This document shows, piece by piece, positions 10,337-21,000 of a stretch of 64,000 bases of DNA (positions within the stretch are counted from its first letter, which is position 1; each line of letters opens with the position of its first letter). Origin of the DNA: Bdellovibrionota bacterium (lineage in GTDB: Bacteria > Bdellovibrionota_C > UBA2361 > JBIKUX01); the NCBI GenBank assembly GCA_044347345.1, contig JBIKUX010000001.1:17719-81718 (forward strand). Direction: 5' to 3'. The notes under the pieces are model-generated. The model had not been told where the DNA came from, did no database searches, and saw only the letters and a list, made by a program, of their open reading frames with translations. A program made the translations under genes and the position numbers.

Positions 10337-11674
10337 CTAGAAGTAACTTGATACTTGGAACGTCCAACGATTAGTGTTGGCATCGGTTGCACCACGGACA
10401 CCTCTTACGCCTGTAGCGTAATCTTCGTTGATAAATGCATACCCAAGTTGTGCTTTAAGAGCATGCTTCCACCAATAGTAGTTTATTGTTGCAGCAGCTT
10501 CTTGCACTTGGTCGCGACCGGCACAGATGCCTGGAGCGGCGCCGTTATCACAATCTTGCAAAGAGTACCTTCCAGCTAACTCAAGCTCCTGAGGAAGCAC
10601 AAAGAATCCAGCCTGAAGATATCCACCATTAGTGGAATAATCTAAGCCAGTTGTTCGGTGCTGAAGTTCAGCGCTCTTGTAGAAGTACTCACCATGAACA
10701 GATGCGCCTTCATACTTCAAGTTAGCGTCTGCACTAACCTGATTCATACTCCAATCTTCTTGACGGCCTAGACCCACATCGCTATGCGCCTCAGTATAAG
10801 CATAAGCTGTACCTACTGACACTGCTAGCTCTTCAGTGTTGTCAACATCACCTTCAGCAAAAGTACCACCAGCTTCTACTGGAGCCATCTTGCCAACGGG
10901 ATTAAACCGTAAATGAGCCTGCACGCTGTGATTAGTGTCGTTACCAGTGCTGTTGATTCCCTCATTATCTGAGGAACCGTTAAACACACCAATACCACCT
11001 TGGATCACACCATCATCACTCTCACCATACTGAGCAAGACCTTGACTCCATCCTACATAGTTAAACTGAGAAGCCACGCTTCTATCAGCAAACTGTAGGT
11101 AAGCGTCATTAGTGCGGAACTGTCTGGAAATAAAGGTACGGAATTGTCCCAATTGAGTACCCCATCCCTCACAAGGCTGCCAAATCACAAACGCATCTTT
11201 AAGGCTAGATTCCTTGCGGCCGTCAACGGTGTCACGAACCAAATCGCTATCGTTTCCTGTGCCAACAAAATCTCCTTCTAGTTTGTAAGCAAACTCTTGA
11301 TAAAGGGCAGTACCTTCAACAACTACACGAGCTCTTACAACATCAAAGCTAGAGGTATTAACTCTGGTACCCTTCACTCCGTTAAAAGAAGCCGCAGGAT
11401 TGCGGGTTGGGTCAGCTAAAGCCTCACCATCTTCTTGATTCATTGAATAACGACCTTGAAGCATCGTCCTTATTTTAAGGGTGAAGCCGGAATCAGGGAA
11501 ATCAATTCGAGTTCCTTCTGAATAGAAGACCTTACCAGGGCTACTCGATATCGTCCCCGCTGCTTCTCCCCTAGTTATTACTCCCTTCTCAACGAGAAGC
11601 TCTTCCAGTGTTTTTGCTTCACTAACACCTGGAGCGAGGAGCAATGCGGCAGCTAGAACACTTGCTTTACGCAT
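10337..11674 (-). CDS. Outer-membrane porin, OprO/OprP-like family
   Basis: Signal peptide (VSEA-K), LEELLVEKGVIT, RARVVVEG, LKDAFV, LGQFR, QFADRS, amphipathic beta-strands, C-terminal Phe; GGAGG RBS. Confidence 0.8.
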   Translation of the reverse strand: MRKASVLAAALLLAPGVSEAKTLEELLVEKGVITRGEAAGTISSSPGKVFYSEGTRIDFPDSGFTLKIRTMLQGRYSMNQEDGEALADPTRNPAASFNGVKGTRVNTSSFDVVRARVVVEGTALYQEFAYKLEGDFVGTGNDSDLVRDTVDGRKESSLKDAFVIWQPCEGWGTQLGQFRTFISRQFRTNDAYLQFADRSVASQFNYVGWSQGLAQYGESDDGVIQGGIGVFNGSSDNEGINSTGNDTNHSVQAHLRFNPVGKMAPVEAGGTFAEGDVDNTEELAVSVGTAYAYTEAHSDVGLGRQEDWSMNQVSADANLKYEGASVHGEYFYKSAELQHRTTGLDYSTNGGYLQAGFFVLPQELELAGRYSLQDCDNGAAPGICAGRDQVQEAAATINYYWWKHALKAQLGYAFINEDYATGVRGVRGATDANTNRWTFQVSSYF

Positions 11675-12167
11675 TTCAATACGCCTCCAATCCTTTCACT
11701 TTCAAAATAAATATCATTCCTATCGCGTCCCCCTATTCGCGCAAAAAGACTCTACAAAAAGAGTCTTTGTTCACAACTAGATGGACTTATCGCGAACAGG
11801 TTCGCAACTTTTTTGTTCGACGTCACTCTTTCTAACAGAATTTAGATACTTTTCCTATATTTTCTTAGGGTAAAGCTTTTTTACCGAAACTTGTTAGTTA
11901 AGCGCCACCTTAAAACCAAACATTTTAATCCTGTAACGAATGATAACAGCGAACTAGCCTTTCGCCTAGTCCTTATCACCCTAAGCTCATATAATTTATA
12001 AAATCAACCACCGTTACCGCCTTTAAAGCCGGTTTATCAATTTTTTATCTAACTTTCTAGATTAGACAAATGGGTAGCTTACCACTGAAGATTGAGACGT
12101 CTCGGTGGGTTTTTAGGGTTCGTAGTGTTATTTTATCTGAAAAAAATAAGGTCAAGGTAAGAATCGT

Positions 12168-12641
12168 ATGGTCGCCGAAGGAACTAAGTTAGCCTCTTCA
12201 ATATTAAACTTACAATTAGCAGATCATACCGGCAAAATGCGCAAGCTTTCTGAATTTTTAGGTAATCCGTTACTTTTGTACTTTTACCCAAAAAACAATA
12301 CTCCCGGCTGCACAACGCAGGCTTGCGATATAAGAGACACATTTAACCAGTTTACTTGCTTTAACTACACTGTAGTGGGAGTTAGTCCCGATAGTCCGGA
12401 GTCTCATATAAATTTTCGTGAGAAATATAAACTTCCTTTTATTTTACTCTCAGACCCAGACCACCTTCTTGCAAATGTATTTGGCGTATTTAAAGAAAAA
12501 AATATGTACGGCAAAAAATCAATGGGAATTGAAAGGTCCACCTTTCTAATCAATAATGAAGGCTTAATTATAAGAGCGCTGCGCAAAGTAAGTGCTAAAA
12601 ATCATGCAAACCTTATACTTGAACTAGTCAAGCAACCTTGA
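12168..12641 (+). CDS. bcp: Thioredoxin-dependent thiol peroxidase (BCP/PrxQ)
   Basis: YFYPKNNTPGCTTQAC, GVSPD, LLSDPD, GIERSTFLI. Confidence 0.93.
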   Translation: MVAEGTKLASSILNLQLADHTGKMRKLSEFLGNPLLLYFYPKNNTPGCTTQACDIRDTFNQFTCFNYTVVGVSPDSPESHINFREKYKLPFILLSDPDHLLANVFGVFKEKNMYGKKSMGIERSTFLINNEGLIIRALRKVSAKNHANLILELVKQP

Positions 12642-12652
12642 AGGGCTTTTTT

Positions 12653-13348
12653 ATGGATACCCTCACCAGTCTAATCGACCTATTTCTACATCTAGACAAA
12701 CATCTGGTAGAGTTGGCCGTTACTTATGGCCTATGGCTCTACGCCATACTTTTTTTAATAATTTTTTGCGAAACTGGCCTTGTAATTACCCCATTTTTAC
12801 CGGGAGATTCTCTCCTATTTGCAGTAGGTGCTCTTTCGGCAGGGGGGGCATTAGAAGTACACAAAACCGTAGTATTACTTATAATAGCCGCTATCCTTGG
12901 AGACTCAGTTAATTACTACATAGGTAAACGAGCCGGAACATGGCTACTTGGAGCATGGGGAGGGCGTTTAATAAAAAAAGAACATGTAGTAAAGACAGAA
13001 AAATTTTTCGAGCGTTACGGAGGTAAAACTATTATCTTTGCGCGTTTTGTCCCTATTATTCGAACCTTAGCTCCATTTATGGCAGGCGTAGGGTCTATGG
13101 ATTACTCCAAATTTTTGATTTTCAACATATCTGGCGGAATAGCTTGGGTGGCTCTGTTTATTTACGGTGGCTACTTGTTTGGCGGGCTCCCGATAATAAA
13201 GAACAACTTTTCTCTAGTAATTTTAGCTATTATCATTATCTCACTTTTACCGCCCCTCATTGAAGCAGTGCGAGAACGGAAACGAAGCCGTGTCAGTGAT
13301 GCCGATGTGTCAGTGGCACCGGAGTGTCGGTCTAAGAAAATATCGTAA
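12653..13348 (+). CDS. dedA: DedA family membrane protein
   Basis: IFCETGLVITPFLPGDSLLF, GDSVNYYIG, FFERYGGKTIIFARFVPIIRT; ATG at 12653 preferred. Confidence 0.92.
   Translation: MDTLTSLIDLFLHLDKHLVELAVTYGLWLYAILFLIIFCETGLVITPFLPGDSLLFAVGALSAGGALEVHKTVVLLIIAAILGDSVNYYIGKRAGTWLLGAWGGRLIKKEHVVKTEKFFERYGGKTIIFARFVPIIRTLAPFMAGVGSMDYSKFLIFNISGGIAWVALFIYGGYLFGGLPIIKNNFSLVILAIIIISLLPPLIEAVRERKRSRVSDADVSVAPECRSKKIS
13290..13332 (+). repeat. Degenerate 17-bp tandem repeat in the dedA 3' end
   Basis: GTGTCAGTGATGCCGAT / GTGTCAGTGGCACCGGA / GTGTCGGTC at a 17-bp period. Confidence 0.55.
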
Positions 13349-13563
13349 TTTAATATCTCTAAGAGATACCGTCGGCCGATTACTGAACCATAATCTCTAA
13401 AAATACCGACTATAGTAATTGTTTCGGTGATAATTTTGCAGCCCGGTGAGTGCTTTAAGTTGTGTGGTAAACAAAAAGTTTAATTATAGTTCAGTACCTA
13501 GCAGGGTTACTGGCTAGCAGGGTAGCTATTTTCAAGCAATCTTAACTTTAAAAGACGGTAAGT

Positions 13564-14964
13564 ATGATCTCCATAAAAAAACCGTTCCTTGTTCTTCTTA
13601 AACCGCTATTAAATAATGATAAGGAAATGGGCAGAAGTAGCTTAGCTTTTTATCTACCCATAATTCTTGGTGGTACCTTAAGCTTAAGTGCCATTAGTTC
13701 AGCTGAAGTAATAGAGCAAATCACCCCGGACTTTTCTGAAAAGTCTTTATCGCTTCCAAATACCACAAGTAAAGCTATTATATGGGCTGAGACAAAAGGG
13801 AATTCGTCAAGTCCGGTATTTGTGCGAATAGATGGCCCTGTTGGAAGTGTCATAACTCTAGATGCCGCAAAAAAGGTGGGAGTGGTAACCCCTCAATCTC
13901 TTTCTTCTTCTTCCGGCTGGTATAAACTACCTATAGGCCGTAGCATCCAACCCACCGGTGCAAACAGTTTACCTATTCAAAATATAAGGCAACTGTCACT
14001 AAATTCTACCAAGTATGGTAGCGATTTTTTACAGCAGCATCACGATAAAAAATCTGACGGCGATATTGTTACCAAAACGCTTCGTCAGTCCTTTGGAATT
14101 GGTACAGACTTATGTACGGCACTCAGTCCATCTGACATCAAAACAATAGGAGAGACTCTATTTGGTAATTCATGGACTAGAGATAAAGTATGTTCGTGGC
14201 TACGAGATCAAGTAGCTGGCTCACCAGGATTTAATGAAGAAGGGATTCCCGTACCAGGAAGTGGTGGTAGTAATGGATCTGGTATAGTAGAAAACCTTCC
14301 AGACTCCGTAGCATCTGCGCCAATAAATCCAAACGATCCGTTCTTTTCAAACAAAAACTATGGATCTTTAAATGTAAGAGCACTATTAAACAAAGATGCT
14401 TGCTCTTCCACATCAGATAAATACTTAGTACGCATTACAATCGACTTTTCCTCCGTTAATCGTGCGGTTCTTGGCTCTTCAATTACTATAAAAAGTAGAC
14501 TGTTCACCGACGAATATAATGGGCGAACCTCCGCCTCGATTAAGCCTGAATCAGAAGGAAAGTTTTTTCCAAAGCCGTTAATTTTAATGAGTAGCTTGGG
14601 ATGGAACGAATCAATATCAGTGAAACAGTGGAATAACGTAGCTCCGATTGGTCGCGGAGCAATACCCGTCAATGGTCGGGATAGAGTTTTTTGGCAAGGT
14701 TTAGTTTTAGCACGAGCGCCGATAGATAACTTACTCAGAGGTCGTAGCTCTATTGCAAGAAACTTTGCAACATCAAAACAACAGCAGCAACGTAGACGAC
14801 GTCCAAGCAACAATAATAATAAAAAACCGACGTCATCAAATTCAAGTGGTAAAATCAAACCGGGAAAACGAGCTACATTTGAACTTTACACTCCTGATAA
14901 AGCATACGGAGTATGCCTCTCGGTAAAACGCTCGAGACAGCGAGTTAATGGGTATCCGGGCTAG
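13564..14964 (+). CDS. Hypothetical secreted protein
   Basis: 466-aa ORF; signal-peptide-like MGRSSLAFYLPIILGGTLSLSAISSA (alternative start 13627); four Cys; basic low-complexity insert near the C-terminus. Confidence 0.7.
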   Translation: MISIKKPFLVLLKPLLNNDKEMGRSSLAFYLPIILGGTLSLSAISSAEVIEQITPDFSEKSLSLPNTTSKAIIWAETKGNSSSPVFVRIDGPVGSVITLDAAKKVGVVTPQSLSSSSGWYKLPIGRSIQPTGANSLPIQNIRQLSLNSTKYGSDFLQQHHDKKSDGDIVTKTLRQSFGIGTDLCTALSPSDIKTIGETLFGNSWTRDKVCSWLRDQVAGSPGFNEEGIPVPGSGGSNGSGIVENLPDSVASAPINPNDPFFSNKNYGSLNVRALLNKDACSSTSDKYLVRITIDFSSVNRAVLGSSITIKSRLFTDEYNGRTSASIKPESEGKFFPKPLILMSSLGWNESISVKQWNNVAPIGRGAIPVNGRDRVFWQGLVLARAPIDNLLRGRSSIARNFATSKQQQQRRRRPSNNNNKKPTSSNSSGKIKPGKRATFELYTPDKAYGVCLSVKRSRQRVNGYPG

Positions 14965-14971
14965 AAATTAT

Positions 14972-15193
14972 TTAATTATCTACACTTGGTGATTTTGTAG
15001 TAATTTCTTTTACTTTAGCTTTTACGCGGTCTAGAAGCTTTCTTGCCCATATAAACTCGGTACCAAGAACTGCAAGTCCTATAGGAATAACCACAAAAGC
15101 TGGTCCAGGAAGAACAAGTAAGGCTAAACCTATGGCAAGGATAGTGCCGCCTAACACCATCACTATTACTTTTCGAGCGGTTTCAATTAGCAT
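14972..15193 (-). CDS. PGPGW-family small membrane protein
   Basis: LLVLPGPAFVVIPIGLAVLGTEFIWA pattern, two TM segments. Confidence 0.8.
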   Translation of the reverse strand: MLIETARKVIVMVLGGTILAIGLALLVLPGPAFVVIPIGLAVLGTEFIWARKLLDRVKAKVKEITTKSPSVDN

Positions 15194-15854
15194 GACAGTC
15201 TTTGCTCTTTCTCCAATCTAATAAAAGCGTAGCTACATTACTGGCCAGAGCGCCACCAAATTCTACTGGAGTTGGTATCCATAAAGTATCTGCACCAAAT
15301 TGCTTGGCGTATTCAATTAAAGAGTATGCTACATCAACTGATGAGGTCTCATTTTGCAAGTTAACCCCTATTCCACATCTCAGCCATCCTCCACGAGACT
15401 CAACCAACACACCAGCGACCTTTAGACCGCAATCTGAAAATAAAATATCGTTAGGCCATTTTACTCGCAATTGAAATCTTTTCTTACAGGGAATAAAGGA
15501 TTCAATAGTAGCAAGCACTACTTGACCAATAGTAAGAGTTACCCCTTGCCATAACGCGTAAGTATTAGAGGTGCCGCTATTGCTGGTAGGTAACTCAGAA
15601 AAAAGTGGCACATAGAATGTGCCCCAAAAGCCCCCAGGGGGTGATATCCAAAGCTTTCCGTGCGTGCCCCGCCCTCCTGATTGACTTTCTGCCATTACTA
15701 GAGATACCGCATCGTACGGATGAGCCCCTTGTGGAGGATTATCCATAGTTGAAGATATACTCTTATAACATTCGACTTTAAATAAAACAGGAGCAGATTC
15801 AGAAAGAAACTTTTCCCACAGGTGTAGACGTTTTGGAGCACATGCATCATCCAT
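15183..15854 (-). CDS. birA: Biotin--protein ligase, catalytic domain only (no HTH)
   Basis: SSTMD, AESQSGGRGTHGKLWISP, KWPNDI, KVAGVLVE, GIGVN. Confidence 0.82.
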   Translation of the reverse strand: MDDACAPKRLHLWEKFLSESAPVLFKVECYKSISSTMDNPPQGAHPYDAVSLVMAESQSGGRGTHGKLWISPPGGFWGTFYVPLFSELPTSNSGTSNTYALWQGVTLTIGQVVLATIESFIPCKKRFQLRVKWPNDILFSDCGLKVAGVLVESRGGWLRCGIGVNLQNETSSVDVAYSLIEYAKQFGADTLWIPTPVEFGGALASNVATLLLDWRKSKDCHAN

Positions 15855-15889
15855 CTTAGAAACATCCTAAGGGAAACAGCTCTACAGAA

Positions 15890-16777
15890 TTAAATCTTTT
15901 TCTCAAATTTTACGCGAGCAGAGATATCAACCGACCTTACGTTGGTAGTTAAAGAACCCATTGATACATACTTTATCCCAAGCTCTGAAATAGCCGTAAG
16001 TCTAGAATCAGAGGTAACACCACCAGATACCTCAACTACAGGTGATGATGATGATGGTGTCTTAAGACGAGCTATTTCATCCATACAGGCTCTTATTGTA
16101 TGGTCATCCATATTGTCTAAGAGAATAAAATCAGGAGAACCTGCCAAAACTATTTGCAACTCAGCAAGAGAGCGTACTTCACATTCAATAGGAGTATGCC
16201 AAGGCTTTCTAGCTCTTATTCTTTCAAAAAAAACTCTAGATTTTTCCGCATCAGTCACCCCCGCAGCGTCTAAATGATTATTCTTAATGAGAATCATATC
16301 TCCCAAAGATAACCTATGGTTAGTGCCACCGCCAATTAAAACTGCATACTTTTCAAGCACACGCCACCCTGGTGTTGTCTTACGAGTATCGAGAAGATGC
16401 AACTTAGGATGCTTGAGTTTAAGCTGATGAACTTTAGTTGAAATACCGCTAAGTCGTTGCAAAAAATTAAGCCAAATACGCTCAAGAGAGAGAAGCCACT
16501 GCATCGAACCCTCTACTATAACCAAAGGTTCCATTTCACTACACACAGTACCATCAACAACTTTTGGGCTTATTGCGAGATTAGCTCCCACTTGATTAGC
16601 TATTCGCTCTATTAGAGTGATACCACAGACTACTAAACTCTCACGAGCGATTAATACCATGCTACCGCTTGCTGCCGAATCAATAGCAAGAGCAGATGTA
16701 AGATCTCCAAGACCAAGGTCTTCTTGAATCGCAATCTTAATGAGATCATCAACCGTAGGTGACGCTAAATACGACAT
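15890..16777 (-). CDS. nadC: Nicotinate-nucleotide pyrophosphorylase (quinolinate phosphoribosyltransferase)
   Basis: EDLGLGDLTS, ERIWLNFLQRLSGI, DTRKTTPG, NHRLSL, LIKNNH, ILLDNM, EVSGGV. Confidence 0.95.
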   Translation of the reverse strand: MSYLASPTVDDLIKIAIQEDLGLGDLTSALAIDSAASGSMVLIARESLVVCGITLIERIANQVGANLAISPKVVDGTVCSEMEPLVIVEGSMQWLLSLERIWLNFLQRLSGISTKVHQLKLKHPKLHLLDTRKTTPGWRVLEKYAVLIGGGTNHRLSLGDMILIKNNHLDAAGVTDAEKSRVFFERIRARKPWHTPIECEVRSLAELQIVLAGSPDFILLDNMDDHTIRACMDEIARLKTPSSSSPVVEVSGGVTSDSRLTAISELGIKYVSMGSLTTNVRSVDISARVKFEKKI

Positions 16778-16926
16778 AAACTACAAACTCCTAAGGCTAC
16801 ACAACACCTTAACTATCTTTTCAGTAGAATGTAGCACTTCATAACAACTCTGTTTATAGCAAGTGATGTAATATTCTGACTAACGCTGTAATCAGAAAAT
16901 CTGACCAGAAAGATATAGACTTTAGG

Positions 16927-17958
16927 TTACCGTTCTCTTACAGCTACTTCAACCGCACCAGCTTCAGCTTGTGATAGCTTAATCTTGACAGGGTAAAATT
17001 CCTTACACAATCCGATAACGCTTCGCGCAGTATCATTTAAGCCAGTTGCCACGAATGTTCCCCCACCAGCGGCGCACATAACAGGTAACAGGATATGAGC
17101 GGCAGAATCGGTAACCGGAGCTTGAGAGGCAAGATAACTTTCAGCTTCTTTAGCAACCCCTTCAGCTATATCAGATAACGACTTACCTTCAGTAACATAA
17201 CCGGTAAATGCCTGCACTACAAATTCGCTTTCAAGCTCAATCACCACTGTATCCATAGAATCAAAACTTGCGGGTAAAAGCGATATATTTAAAGCACCAT
17301 CATCACAACCAGTAGCTTCTCGCAGAGTTAATTTGACTGTTTCTTGTGACTCAAAGTTTAATGAGCGAACCATAGCTATAACACGCTTGGCTCGTAATTT
17401 TCCCCGCTCTGCAAGATGATATCGTTTAATAAATTGGCTACCTTCTGTGGCAAGGCTAACCTTACCTACTCCACGAGGAGCAAATCCGGCTTGATGTAAG
17501 GTGAGATTCAAATCAAGCCCACCTGAGCGATAAAGCGGCAATACTACCCGATTAAAGTAGTCGTATGAAGGACCATCAGATTGATGGGTAGCTCCAAAAA
17601 CTGTGACCTGAGATGATGAGTGAGCTAAACATAGGGGCAGAACTACACTTTCAATTACCTCAAATACATTTCCGGCAGTTCCTACACTAAATGTATACTT
17701 TCCAGATTTAAGCTCTTTTGGATAAAACTTAAAACAGGTTCGACCAAGCTCAACCCCCTCGCAATGACCTCTACTTACGGCAACAGCGAGGTCAAGCATT
17801 GTAATGTGCCTTCGTTGTAAACCAGGACGTACCGAATTAACGAGAAAATTCTCGACAATTAACGGTCTACCAGTCAAAAGAGACAAAGATACAGCAGTAC
17901 GAACTACAGCTTCAGCGTCAGCTATCTCTAAAGCATTAATGAATACTGCTGAACTCAT
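16927..17958 (-). CDS. RNA 3'-terminal phosphate cyclase (RtcA)-like protein, catalytic residues substituted
   Basis: Colinear with RtcA (RTAVSLSLLTGRP, RPGLQRRH, GTAG, GFAPRGVG, ERG, YLASQAPV) but GEGGGQ, YLADQ and the nucleophilic His are replaced. Confidence 0.82.
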   Translation of the reverse strand: MSSAVFINALEIADAEAVVRTAVSLSLLTGRPLIVENFLVNSVRPGLQRRHITMLDLAVAVSRGHCEGVELGRTCFKFYPKELKSGKYTFSVGTAGNVFEVIESVVLPLCLAHSSSQVTVFGATHQSDGPSYDYFNRVVLPLYRSGGLDLNLTLHQAGFAPRGVGKVSLATEGSQFIKRYHLAERGKLRAKRVIAMVRSLNFESQETVKLTLREATGCDDGALNISLLPASFDSMDTVVIELESEFVVQAFTGYVTEGKSLSDIAEGVAKEAESYLASQAPVTDSAAHILLPVMCAAGGGTFVATGLNDTARSVIGLCKEFYPVKIKLSQAEAGAVEVAVRER

Positions 17959-18063
17959 GTGTCTTTTTTGCGACCTAAGATATTACTGTTTGGATGCGAA
18001 CTATTTAAAAAGGTCGGCTAACGAATGGTACAAGTTTACTCGAACTTCAAAATGAAATGATGT

Positions 18064-21000
18064 TTAGTAGAAAAAAAGCGCGGAACGACCCAAAAGCTGC
18101 TCACTTTCCTCGATTAGTGCCTCACTAGCTTCGACCCTAATTGTTTCCAAGCCATTTCTCAAAACAAGAGAGCGACCCTTACCAAGAAAATCACCGATGA
18201 CTAAAACAGAACAAGTGCCCTGATATTTTGCAAATAGCTGAGCTAAGGCCGAAAGCACTTCAGGCGGATCAGTTTCTCTTAATTCTAAGCGCCCGATTCG
18301 AGATGAACGGGATCTAACTGCCGCAAACAACTCTATATTCTCAACAATTAGAGCTGTTCTTTCCTCCGAAATTTCTGCTTTACCCTGCACAATAATAGGC
18401 TCTTCTGAACCTAAAAGTTGATGTACTTGCTGATAGATATCTGGCCAAACTACACTCTCAATAGTTCCATCGTAATCTTCCAATAGAAACGAAGCATAAC
18501 GGCCTCCCTTCTTAGTATTCTTAAGCTTTAGCGCAGTAACCATTCCGCCTATGCTTACTTTGTCACGAGGCTCTCCCTCGCGAACCTGAGCAGTAGTACG
18601 AAGACCGAGCCGAGGAATATCCTTCTTATACCGTTCGAGCGGATGTCCTGAAATGTAAAAACCGAGAGCTTCCTTCTCGAAAGCAAGTTTTACCTTTAAT
18701 GACCACTCACTCAAATTCGACGTACGTAAAGTTAAAGCTAATGCTGACCCCTCTCCTTGACCACCAAACAATGACATTTGACTAGATTCAGCATCTCTGC
18801 GATGCACTTGCGCGAGAGAAATAGACTCCTCTAAGCCCTCAAACAAGTCGCGACGAGTCTTGCCAAAATCATCAAATGCTCCGGATTTTATTAAACATTC
18901 AAAAGCTCTTTTATTGATAGCTCGAAGATCCGCTCCTTCGAGAAAATTCTCATAAGACGAAAAAGACCCTGTCTGCTCTCGCTGTGATAAGATTGCTTGA
19001 ACTACTTTCTCACCAACTCCCTTAATTGCCTCAAGACCATATCTAATACCTCCCTGCTCTACTCTAAAAGACGCGCCACTATGATTGATTGAAGGAGGGA
19101 GTATGGCGATACCTTGATTGCGACATTCATTGAGATTCTTGAGCGTTTTATCACTATCACTCATTTCAAAAGTCATTAGTGCGGTCATAAACTCAACAGG
19201 ATAATGCGCCTTTAAATAAGCAGTTTGAAATGAGATCAAAGCATAAGCTACAGAATGGCTACGATTAAAACCATATCTGGCGAAGGTCTCCATTTGACCA
19301 AAAATATCCTCAGCCAAACTTATACTAATATCTCGCTCGCAAGCTCCAGCTACAAAACGCTCTTTTTGTTTAGCCATCTCCTCGGGCTTCTTCTTACCCA
19401 TTGCACGTCTAAGCATATCAGCCTCTGCAAGCGAATAACCTGCAAGATCTCTTGCAAGCTGCATAATCTGCTCTTGATACAAAATAATTCCATAAGTATC
19501 ACTGAGTACCGACTCCATCAAAGGATGGAGATATGTTACAGGCTCGCGTCCGTGCTTACGCTCTATATAATGGTCAACCATACCCGCATCTAGCGGACCA
19601 GGACGATATAGCGCTAAAATAGCGACCAAATCATCAAAACAACTCGGCTTTAGCCTAATTGTCATCTCGGTTATTCCAGTTGATTCAAGCTGAAATACTC
19701 CTACCGTATTTCCTGAACTGACAAGTGAGTATGTCTTAGAATCCTCTAGCGGAAGATGCTCCAATTGTAGCTTTTGCCCTTTTGTCTCATTAACAAGTTT
19801 CACCGCTTCATGAAGAACTGAGAGAGTTTTTAAACCAAGAAAATCAAACTTTACTAAACCTACTTTTTCAACATAACTCATAGCGTACTGAGTAACGTCA
19901 TTTCCGTCTTTATCCTCCATCATAGGTAAAAGCTCAGTTAATGGACGATCACCAATAACAACGCCAGCGGCATGAGTAGAGGAATGACGAGTAAGGCCTT
20001 CGAGTTTAAGAGCCAGAGAAATTAATTCTTTTCCCTCACCTTCAGCATACTCCTTTAAGCGAGGCTCCATTCTAAGAGCCTCTGAGAGAGGATAATCAAA
20101 TCCTTGTCGTGGAGCTGGAATTAGTTGCGCTATGCGATCCATTTCAGCGTAGGGCTTACCTAGTGCTCTCCCTACATCTTTTACTGCGGCCTTGGCCTTC
20201 AAGGTACCAAAAGTTGCTATCTGTGCTACTCGATCTTTTCCGTATTTTTCACTGACATACCGAAGCACTCTCTCTCTACCAAAAATACAAAAATCGACAT
20301 CAATATCTGGTAAACTAATCCTATCTGGATTCAGAAATCTTTCAAATAAGAGCTTATTTACAATAGGGTCAACATCAGTAATCCTCATGGCATAAGCAAC
20401 TAAAGAACCAGCTGCACTTCCACGCCCAGGACCAACAGGAACACCATTTTCTTTAGCCCAAACTATAAAATCGGAAACTACCAAAAAGTAGCTAGAAAAG
20501 CCCATTTTTTGGATAAGAGCTATCTCAAGTTCGAGACGATCACGATATTCCTCGATAGTTCTATCCTTAGGGATACCTGATACCATTCGCCTGTCCAGCC
20601 CACTGCGAGCTTGCTTGGCCATTAATTCGTCGTGCTCATTATCTGAGCTTTCACTGAATCTTGGCATGTAATAACGATTAAAATCAAAATCTAAACTACA
20701 CTTATTAGCAATAGCTACAGAATTTGATAGGCTCTCTTCAATCTGAGGGAAATCGGCAAATTCCTCTCGCATTTCATCACAACTTTTCAGAAATAAGGTA
20801 ATATTTTCATGACGTATTCGATTTGGATCTAGTACTGTCTTACCGGTAGCAATACACATCAAAACTTCTTGAGCATAATGATCATCTCTGTTGCAATAAT
20901 GGCAGTCAGTAGTAGCAATCAAAGGTATCCCTAAATCACGACTAAGCTCAAAACAAGCTTGATTCAAACGACGCTGTTCTGAGATTGGATGCGGTTGAAT

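Noticed and set aside
11925-11955. Pho box upstream of the OprO/P-like porin
   Set aside because: GTTAT/GTTAC half-sites are 10 bp apart and match the consensus poorly
15183-15854. BirA as another pseudoenzyme or pseudogene
   Set aside because: Short and divergent, but KWPND, the catalytic Lys (KVAGVL) and the GRG loop are retained; HTH-less ligases are well known
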